A stretch of DNA of 64,000 bases. Source: the human T2T-CHM13v2.0 reference genome, Homo sapiens. Where the stretch lies: NCBI RefSeq assembly GCF_009914755.1, contig NC_060931.1; one strand, given 5' to 3'. Of the stretch, positions 46,225 through 64,000 are shown one piece after another. Under the pieces are notes generated by a model. The model was not told the DNA's origin and searched no databases. It saw nothing but the letters and a program-made list of their open reading frames with translations. How positions within the stretch are numbered: position 1 is the stretch's first letter; every line of letters starts with the position of its first letter. The translations under genes were made by a program, and so were the position numbers.

Positions 46225-46739
46225 TGAGCCACTGTGCCCGGCCATCACAGTCAATTTTTGAACATTTTCATCACTCTGAAACCTTTTACCCTTTAGCTAT
46301 CAACCTGAAATAACCACTAATCTATTCTCAGTTCCTATAGATTTCCCTATTCTAGAAATTTAATATGAATGGAATTACATAATATGTGACTCCTTTGGAT
46401 TTTAAGTTGAGGGGATTCATAAAAGGTCAGAAGTGAAACATTCATAGGAAGTAGTTGATTGAGCCAGGTGTAGTGGCTCGCAGCTGTAATCCCAGTGTGG
46501 ATGAGGGGGAAGGATGGCTTGAGTCCAGGAGTTGGAGGCTGCAGGGAGCCATGATCGAGCCACTGCACTCCAGCCTGGGTGACATTGTGAGACTCTGACT
46601 CTTAGAAATAAAAAAGCTGACCAGGCTCAGTGGCTCATGGCTGTAATCACAGGGCTTCGGGAGGCCAAGGCAGGTAGATCACTTGAGGTCGGGAGTTCGA
46701 GACCAGCCTGGCCAACATGATGAAACCCCATCTCTACTA

Positions 46740-47350
<611 letters not shown>

Positions 47351-48086
47351 CTAAGCTGGCGTCACCTGCCTGGCCCGATGCCTCCTCTGGTGTTCATTGT
47401 TAATTAATGCCACCTCCTGATGGCAGTTTCTTTCTGGGAAGAGGAGAGAAGAGAGGGAGCCGTCCCCAAGTGAAGGGTGCAGGGAAGGCTCCATGAATAG
47501 TCTCAACTAAGGACTGTCCCAGGAAGGAACCTCGGGACAAGCAAAGAACAGTGAACTTCTGATGTGACCCGGATGCACCCATTTCCAGAGAGCAGGAAGC
47601 ACAGAGAAGGCCCGTGGGTCGCCGTCCCCAGGGTGCCTTCCATCCTGCAAGGCTTGCTGCATGCCCTGAAAGTTATGATAAAGACATAGGACCGGCCGGG
47701 TGCGGTGGCTCACGCCTGTAATCCCAGCACTTTGGGAGGCCGAGGTGGGCAGATCACGAGGTCAGGAGATCGAGACCATCCTGGCTAACATGGTGAAACC
47801 CCGTCTCTACTAAAAATACAAAAAATTAGCTGGGCATGGTGGCACACGCGTATAGTCCCAGCTACTCGGGAGGCTGAGGCAGGAGAATGGCGTGAACCTG
47901 GGAGGCAGAGCTTGCAGTGCGCAGAGATCATGCCACTGGGTGCAGTGCGCAGAGATCATGCACTCCAGTCTGGGCGACAGAGCGAGACTCCGTCTCAAAA
48001 AAAAAAAAAAAAAAAGACATAGGACCTTCATCACCAGGGGTGCCCCTTGGGCTGTTGCTGTGGCATCTCCCTTTTTTTGTTTTTAG

Positions 48087-48236
<150 letters not shown>

Positions 48237-49205
48237 TAGTAGAGAAGGGGGGCGTCTCACCATGTTGGCCAGGCTGGTCTTGAACTCCTGACCTCAAGTG
48301 ATCCGCTCGCCTCAGCCTCCAAAAGTGTTGGGATTATAGGCGTGAGCCACCACGCCGGCCCCATTTCTTAATACACATTGAGTGTGATGACATCATAGAT
48401 CAATGGCAATTGCAGGTGTGAAGAAGTGGAAATAGCACTAGGCAAAAATTGTCCTGGTGTATGTTCTAGCTTTGCTTGGACAACTTGCTAAGTTGTAAAA
48501 TGAGAATACTTCTACGCCCTTTTCTCTCCCGGGGATGCTAAAGACAAAATAAAGATTACGAATGGAAATTCTCTGAGCTTCCAAAAGAATCAGGATGGAG
48601 CATGATCTAAGGGAGTGTTCTGGTGAATGGGAACTTAACACGTCTTTGCCGTTACATATTCTTTGATGTGCATTTGCTTGGTGAGTGGAATCTAGAATGC
48701 TCAAGAAAAGACTTTCTAGGACCTACGCGTCTCATGGCTGGATGCCGCTTTTGCTACTCTTCATCTTAGCCAAAAAGCAGAGAGGCAATTGAGGCTGCTT
48801 TTTCTGACTCCAGCTCTGTTGCCAGAACAGAGTCTTTGCTATGAAAAACAATACCGGCTGGGCGCGGTGGCTCACACCTGTAATCCCAGCACTGGTGTGG
48901 GAGGCAGAAGCAGGAAGATCGCTTGAGCCCAGGAGTTGGAGACCAGTCTGGGCAACATAGTGAAACCCCGTCTCTACTAAAATGCAAAAGTTAGCCAGGT
49001 GTGGTGGCATGCACCTGTAGTCCCAGCCACCCGGGGGCTGAAATGGGAGGATCAACTGAGCCCAGAAGGTCGAGGCTACACTGAACTGTGGTAACACTCC
49101 AACCTGGGTGACAGAGCAAGATGCTGTCTCAAAACAAAAAACAAAAAACAAAAAAAAAACAACAGACCAGGCATGGTGGCTCTCACCTGTAATCCCAGCA
49201 CTTTA

Positions 49206-49496
<291 letters not shown>

Positions 49497-49684
49497 CTAC
49501 CATTCTGTTTAATAATAATAGAGATATAGAGATTTATAAAAATTTTTAACGATAACAATTTGCATCCTACTGGTTCAGCATAGCTAATGTTCTCAGAAAG
49601 ATGATAACTCTAAGGGATCCTCGAGTGTCTTCAAAGAATTTTGGTAGATAGTTGCATTTTTAGAATTTCTTTTCAACCTTCTGT

Positions 49685-50030
49685 AACTGTCCAGACTGGC
49701 TAGGGTGTGCTGGGTTGCAAACGACACCAGACTTTGGAGGATTAAAGGAGCAAAGACTTATTTCTTGGTTGCACTAAAAGTCTGTTATGCGTTGGCTGTG
49801 AGTCTGTTTCACGTTGTCTGCGATCTGGAACCCAGGCTGCTGTGGTGGTTCCATATGGAAAGTTCCCGGTGACCACCGAGGAGGAAGAGAGTGTGGCAAT
49901 ATGAAGTTACTTCCCTGACGTCCTCAGTCCACGAAAGTCATGTGGCCACACCACATTCAAGTGGGCAAGAAATCAAACCACATGATCTGAAAGAGACCTT
50001 TGTGAATATTTCCGAATAACCGCATGTGAC
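49685..50030. mobile_element. Old MLT1-type MaLR LTR
   Basis: Degenerate match including AAAGTCATGTGGCCACACC...TTCAAGTGGGCA. Confidence 0.5.
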
Positions 50031-51330
50031 CTCCACACTTAGCTCCCTTACATCTTCAGTTTTGGTCGGGCTCAGTGGCTCACGCCTGTAATCCCAGCAC
50101 TTTGGGAGGCTGAGGCGGGCAGATCACCTGAGGTCAGGAGTTTGAGACCAGCCTGACCAATATGATGAAACCCCTTCTCTACTAAAAATACAAAAATTAG
50201 CCGAGCATGGTGGCGCCTGCCTGTAATCCCAGCTACTTGGGAGGCTGAGGCAGGAGAATCGCTTGAACCCAGGAGGCAGAGGTTGCAGTGAGCAGAGATC
50301 ACACCACTTCACTCCAGCCTGGGTGACAAGAGTGAAACTCAATAGAAAAATCTTCTGTCTTCCTTCCGCATGCACACTCATGTTGATCTGTGTATCTTTT
50401 GCTTACAAATAGAATTAAGCCAAATATTGGAGGGATATGATGGTAGCTGACAGGTACTTAATTTGCATGTTCCATTTCAAAAAGTTGTTTTTAAGATTTC
50501 AGAGAATTTTTTTCAAAGAAATTTCTTAAAGCTAACTTCATTTAGAGCTTGGCAAAATGTATCAGCCAGGCACAGTAGCTCATGCCTGTCATCCCGGCAC
50601 TTAAGGAGGCCGACACAGGAGGATGGCTTAAGCCCAGGAATTTGAGATCAGCCTTGGCGATAGAGCAAGACCCCATCTTTACAAAAAAATGTTTAAAAAT
50701 TAGCTGAGCCTGGTAATACATGCCTGCAGTCCCATATGCAAAACATAGCTGGGGCTACACAGGAGGGTGAGGCAGGAAGATCACTTGAGCCTGAGAGTTG
50801 GAGGATGCAGTGAGCCATGATTGTGCCACTGCACTCCAGACTGGGTGACAGAGTGAGATCCTGTCTCTAAAAACAAAACAAACAAAAAGCTAAAAAAAAA
50901 AAAAAATCTTGGCAAAATTTAGAGTGAGCTTTTAGGAGACAGAAGTCCGAAGGGAAGTGGGAAAGAAGGAATTTTCTCTTCCTATCTTTAGCACACAAAC
51001 CCATTATATCCTTTCTATGTGTAAGTGAAATAGTGTGGTAGCTGTCACAACCATGCTGAAATCTGACTAAACATCATTGGATCAATAAGGTACAAATCCT
51101 CCTCTCCTCATCTGGGAAACAGCATGCTCCTCTCACATAATACCTGAGTTTGTTTTACGGGGAGGCCATGTGTAGGTTTAGTGGAAAATATATTCTATAA
51201 AGTTAGCATAAAAATAAATGTAAAAGGCTGGGTGCGGGCCGGGCGCGGTGGCTCACGCCTGTAATCCCAGCACTTTGGGAGGCTGAGGTGGGCGGATCAC
51301 GAGGTCAGGAGATCGAGACCATCCTGGCTA

Positions 51331-51589
<259 letters not shown>

Positions 51590-51592
51590 TCA

Positions 51593-52009
<417 letters not shown>

Positions 52010-52173
52010 CTACAGTGAGTTGAGATTGCCCCACTGCACTCCAGCCTGAGTGACAGAGCAAGACCCTGTGTCTAAATAAATAAATAGTTTTTAAAAAAGA
52101 AAGTTGACTGGGCACGGTGGCTTACGCCTGTAATCCCAGCACTTTGGGAGGCCAAGGCGGACGGATCGCCTCA

Positions 52174-52413
<240 letters not shown>

Positions 52414-52847
52414 TTAGCAGGGTTGGGTGTGGTGGCTCACACCTATAATCCCAGCACTCTGGGAGGCCAAGGAAGGCAGATTGCTTGAGCTCAGGAGTTT
52501 GAGACCAGCCTAGGTAACATGGCGAAACCCCGTCTTTACAAAAAATACAAAAATCAGCCAGGCGTGATGGCGCTCACCTGTAGTCCCAGCTGCTGGGGAG
52601 GCTGAGATGGGAGGACTGATTGAATCCAGGGGGCAGAGGTTACAGTAAGCTGTGATTGCGCCACTGCACTCCAGCCTGGGTGACAGAGCAAGATCCTGTC
52701 TCAAAATAAAACAAAATAAAATAAAATAAGTTAGCATTACTATTCAGGAGCTCATGGGCAAGTCACTAAATGCCTTTAAATTTCAGTTTCTTCATCTCAA
52801 GAGGAAAGTTTGAACTAGATCTTTGGTGAGCACCCTCACATCTCTAA

Positions 52848-53564
<717 letters not shown>

Positions 53565-53973
53565 TGAGCCACTGTGTCTGGCTGCTTCAGTATCACTTTT
53601 GATGTTTGCTTGCTGCCTGACATCTATATAAGGGTATCCTTTATAGAGGGTAATGGGCTTGTCAGATTATTTATGTATTTGTATATTACATTATGGATGC
53701 AATTATATAAACTTAAGCTTCCCAGATCTGAAATGTAATGAATGGTAACCTTTGTTACCATGTTTGAGAATATTTTAAAAATCTAATTTCAAAAGTAAAT
53801 AGGCCAGGTGCAGTGGCTCACGCCTGTAATCCCAGCACTTTGGGAGGCCAAGGTGTGTGGATGACTTGAGGTCAGGAGTTGGAGACCAGCCTGGCCAACA
53901 TGGTGAAACCCCATTTCTACTAAAAATAGAAACATTAGCTGGACGTGGTGGTGGGCATCTGTATTCCCAGCTA

Positions 53974-54081
<108 letters not shown>

Positions 54082-54847
54082 TCAAGAAAAAAAAAGTAAA
54101 CAGCCTATTTATATATATCTATTTACATCCAAAAGGTAAACTTTACCTGGTGGGTGAAAATTTGATGAGAAATTTACATAACTCCAAAGTACCTGATCAG
54201 AAGATATTTATTGATTAAAAATGGAAAATCAGTAACTTTACAGTGCAGAAACCTGACAGACACCACCTCATTCAAGTGATCAAAATTAGCATAGTCAGAC
54301 TGTAATCCCAGCGGTTTGGGAGTCGAGGTGGGAGGATGGCTTGAGGCCAGGAGTTGGAGACCAGCCTGGGCAGCATAGTGAGACCTTGTCTCTACAAGAC
54401 TATTTTTAAAAAATTAGCTGGAGGGGATGGTGCTATAGTTCCAGCTAGTTGGGGTGCTGAGATGGAAAGATTGCTTGAGCCCAGGAGTTCAAGTCTGCAG
54501 TGAGCTATCATGAGCTATCATGACACTGCACTCCAGCCTGCACAGCACAAGACCCTGACTCTTAAAAAAAAAAAAAAAAAGTTGGAATTAATTTTAGAAG
54601 AAAGCATTAGGGGTAGGCAGGGTGGCTCACGCCCGTAATCCCACCACTTCATGAGGCCAAGGCCAGAGGATCACTTGAGCTCAGGAGTTTTGAGACCAGC
54701 CTGGGTAACATAGCAAGACCTTCTGTCTACTAAAAACAATTTTTAGGCCGGGCGCGGTGGCTCACACCTGTAATCCCAGCACTTTGGGAGTTTGGGAGGC
54801 CGAGGCAGGCAGATCACAAGGTCAGGAGTTCGAGACCAGCCTGGCTA

Positions 54848-55292
<445 letters not shown>

Positions 55293-55902
55293 TTAAGAAC
55301 TGATCACATTCCTTTCATTTGACAAATATCCATGAAGCACTTCCTAAGCCAAGGCCCTCTTCTAGGAACTGGAGTCACAAGACCTGAGAAGGTCCGCCTT
55401 ACAGAGATCTTATATCCTACTCGGGAGATAAACAATAAACAAATTCGGCTGGGCATGGGGACTCAACGCCTGTAATCCCAGCACTTTGGGAGGCCGAGGA
55501 GGGTGGATCACCTGAGGTCAGGAGTTGAAACCAGCCTGGTCAACTTGGTGAAACCCCGTCTTTACTAAAAATACAAATATATTAGCTGGGTGTGGTGGCA
55601 GGCACCTTTAATCTCAGCTAACATGGGAGGCTGAGGCGGAGGTTGTAATGAGGCGAAATCGCACCACTGCCCTCCAGTCTGGGTGACAGAGCAAGACTCC
55701 ATCTCAAAAAAAAAGGTATATATGAAGAGGTAACCAGAAAGTCTGCAGCCAAAAATGTAGGGAAAAGGCATATTGGAAGATCCATGTCAGGCAGTCAATA
55801 AAAATATGTTCTTTGGGTTTTATGATGTTTATGGTGTTTGCTTGATAAATTTCTTTTGATTTCTTTTCTCAGTGATTTTTCTCATTCTAAATAAATATTC
55901 CT

Positions 55903-56248
<346 letters not shown>

Positions 56249-56309
56249 CTAATTTTGTATTCTTAAATCAGGCCTCCCAGGCCCCACAAACTTGGATCTG
56301 CCCTTGTAG

Positions 56310-56564
<255 letters not shown>

Positions 56565-56777
56565 TAAGCATTCTCCTAGAAACGATCCTAACACATCTTC
56601 TTGGATTCAGCTTACCAAATAAATACTGCCTAACACTGCAGAGTCCAAGACAAATGGTCATTTTATTTTATACTAGGTCCTCAGCGGTACTCTGGTTTAT
56701 TAGAATAAATTTCAAGGACATAGAACAAATTATCTTTAATTCCTAAAATAAACACCATTTTACAAAATACTCTTTAG

Positions 56778-57471
<694 letters not shown>

Positions 57472-57734
57472 TAGCTACTCAGGAGGCTCAGGTGAGAGGA
57501 TCTCTTGAGCCCGGGAGGTCAAGGCTGCAGTGAGCCGTGATCACACCACTGCACTCCAGTCTGGACCATAGAGCGAGACCCGGTCTCAAGACAAAACAAA
57601 ACTAGACAAAAAACTACACCTTTTATGGTGGTAATCTCTAACACTGTAGGTTATTTACCAAGTATTGATATAGCAATTTAATATTCCTTGTAACCATGAA
57701 AGGATAAAAATCAGAAAGGTTCGTCAGAGGGTAT

Positions 57735-57738
<4 letters not shown>

Positions 57739-57780
<42 letters not shown>

Positions 57781-58100
57781 ACAGAGAGAGGGGTCTCTAT
57801 GGATTGGCAGAGGGTATATAAAGTGTGTGTGTGTGTGTGTGTCTGTGTGTGTATAAGTAGATTAGATAGGTAGATAGATAAGAGAGAGGAATTATATACA
57901 TATGTATATAGACAGATTAGATAAATGGATAGATGATAGATAAGAGAGAGGAATTATATATATATATGTATGTAGATAGCTTAGATGGATGGATAGATAA
58001 GGGAGACAGGAATTATATATATATATGTATATAGATAGATTAGATGAATGGATAGAGAGAGAGAGAGAGAGAGAGATGAGAGAGGGGAGAATTGAGTGAT
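57739..58100. repeat. Compound (GT)n / (TAGA)n / (TA)n / (GA)n repeat with about 60-bp higher-order unit
   Basis: Two GT tracts, then GGAATTATATA recurring at 57888, 57950 and 58009. Confidence 0.9.
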
Positions 58101-58399
58101 AGATTGATTCAAATTTACTTCCGAGATCCCAAATTAAGGTCTCCACTATCAAGAAGACAGATTAAAAAATGAAGCCATCTTTAAATAATACAGTATGTAA
58201 CTGATACACAAGAAGGGTATTCTCAATTCATTAATGTCAGATGCCAGTTGAATTTCTAATCACTGGAATTTACTTGTAGATTTTTTTAAGATTCATAGTT
58301 GCATGTTAATTTTGTTGTCGCAAATATTTTCTCTAGTATTCATCTTGTAATGAAACTGTTCTGAAATTGGTGTGATAATCTTTTTATATTTTCTTTTCT

Positions 58400-58745
58400 T
58401 TTAATAATGTCAACTTTTAGTTTAGATTCGGGGGGCACACGTGTAGATTTGTTACATGGGTATATCGTGTGATGCTGTGGTTTGGGGTACAGTAGTGAGC
58501 ATAGTACCCCGTAGTTCATTTTGCAACCCTTGCCCCCACTTCCCTCTTTCCTCTAGGAGCCACCAGTGTCTATTGTTCCCATCCCCATCTTTATGTCCAT
58601 GTGTATCCAAGGTTTGGCTCCCACTTACAAGTGAGAACATGTGGTATTCAGTTTTCTGTCCCTGCATTAATTTACATAGGATAATGGCCTCCAGCTGCCT
58701 CCACATTGCTGCAAAGGATATGATTTCTTTCTTTTTTATGGCCGC
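58400..58745 (-). mobile_element. L1PA/PB 3' end
   Basis: CTCCCACTTACAAGTGAGAACATGTGGTATT...ATAATGGCCTCCAGCTGC antisense L1 3' UTR. Confidence 0.85.
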
Positions 58746-59174
58746 AGGTTTTTCGTTTTTGTTTTTGTTTTTTGAGACAGAGTTTTGCCCTTTCGGACAG
58801 GCTGGAGTGCAATGGCATGATCTTGGCTCACTGAAACCTCCACCTTCTGAGTTCAAGCCATTCTCCTGCCTCAGCCTCCCAAATAGCTGAGATTACAGGC
58901 ATCTGCTACCACAGCCGGCTAATTTTTGTATTTTTTAGTAGAGACAGGGTTTCCCCATGCTGTCCAGCCTGGTCTTAGACTCCTGACCTCAGGTGATCCG
59001 CCTGCCTCTGGCTCCCAAAGTGCTGGGATTACAGGCGTGAGTCATCGTGCCCAGCTTTTTTTTTTTTTTTTTTTTTTGAGACAGGGTTTTACTATATTAC
59101 CCAGTCTGGTCATAAATTCCTGGGCTCAAGTGATCCTCCTGTCTTGGCCTCCCAAGTAGCTGAGATCTGCACCT

Positions 59175-61182
<2,008 letters not shown>

Positions 61183-61399
61183 GGGGCCAGGCACGCCTAT
61201 AATCCCAGCATTTTGGGAGGCCAAGGCGGGCAGATCACTTGAGGTTGGGAGTTCGAGACCAGCCTGGTCAACATGGGAAAACCCCGTCTCTACTAAAAAT
61301 ACAAAAATTTTAGTGGTGGCAGGAGCCTGTAATCCCAGCTACTCGGGAGGGAGAGGCAGGAGAATCGCTTGAACCCGGGAGGCGGAGGTTGCAGTGAGC

Positions 61400-63795
<2,396 letters not shown>

Positions 63796-64000
63796 TGGCG
63801 GGGTGTGGTGGCTCACGCCTGTAATCCCAGCACTTTGGGAGGCCGAGGCGGGCGGATCACGAGGTCAGGAGATCGAGACCATTCTGGCTAACGTGGTGAA
63901 ACCCCATCTCTACTAAAAAATACAAAAACTTAGCCGGGCGTGGTGGCAGGCACCTGTAGTCCCAGCTACTCAGGAGGCTGAGGCAGGAGAATGGCGTGAA

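Overview
Human (or very close primate) genomic DNA recognisable as 7q11.23, next to the Williams-Beuren segmental duplications. Two genes are transcribed divergently from CpG-island promoters about 19 kb apart. RCC1L/WBSCR16 is on the minus strand: coding exons 1-7 splice in frame to give 323 codons and the gene continues off the left edge. GTF2IRD2B is on the plus strand: a non-coding exon 1 and coding exons 2-3, continuing off the right edge. The rest is very Alu-dense, with L1, ERV-L, MaLR, MIR, SVA2 and DNA-transposon relics, and almost all ORF-track entries are Alu/L1 artefacts. The main finding is an internally deleted Tigger7/MER44-type transposon in GTF2IRD2B intron 1. It keeps an open 160-codon transposase DNA-binding ORF with a strong Kozak ATG, an upstream acceptor and a consensus GTAAGT donor that is exactly in phase with GTF2IRD2B exon 2. 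This predicts an isoform with a Tigger HTH domain fused to a protein already known to end in a Charlie8 hAT transposase. A second motif-rich promoter lies 1 kb upstream of this exon. Repeat family names come from remembered consensus sequences, not from a RepeatMasker run.
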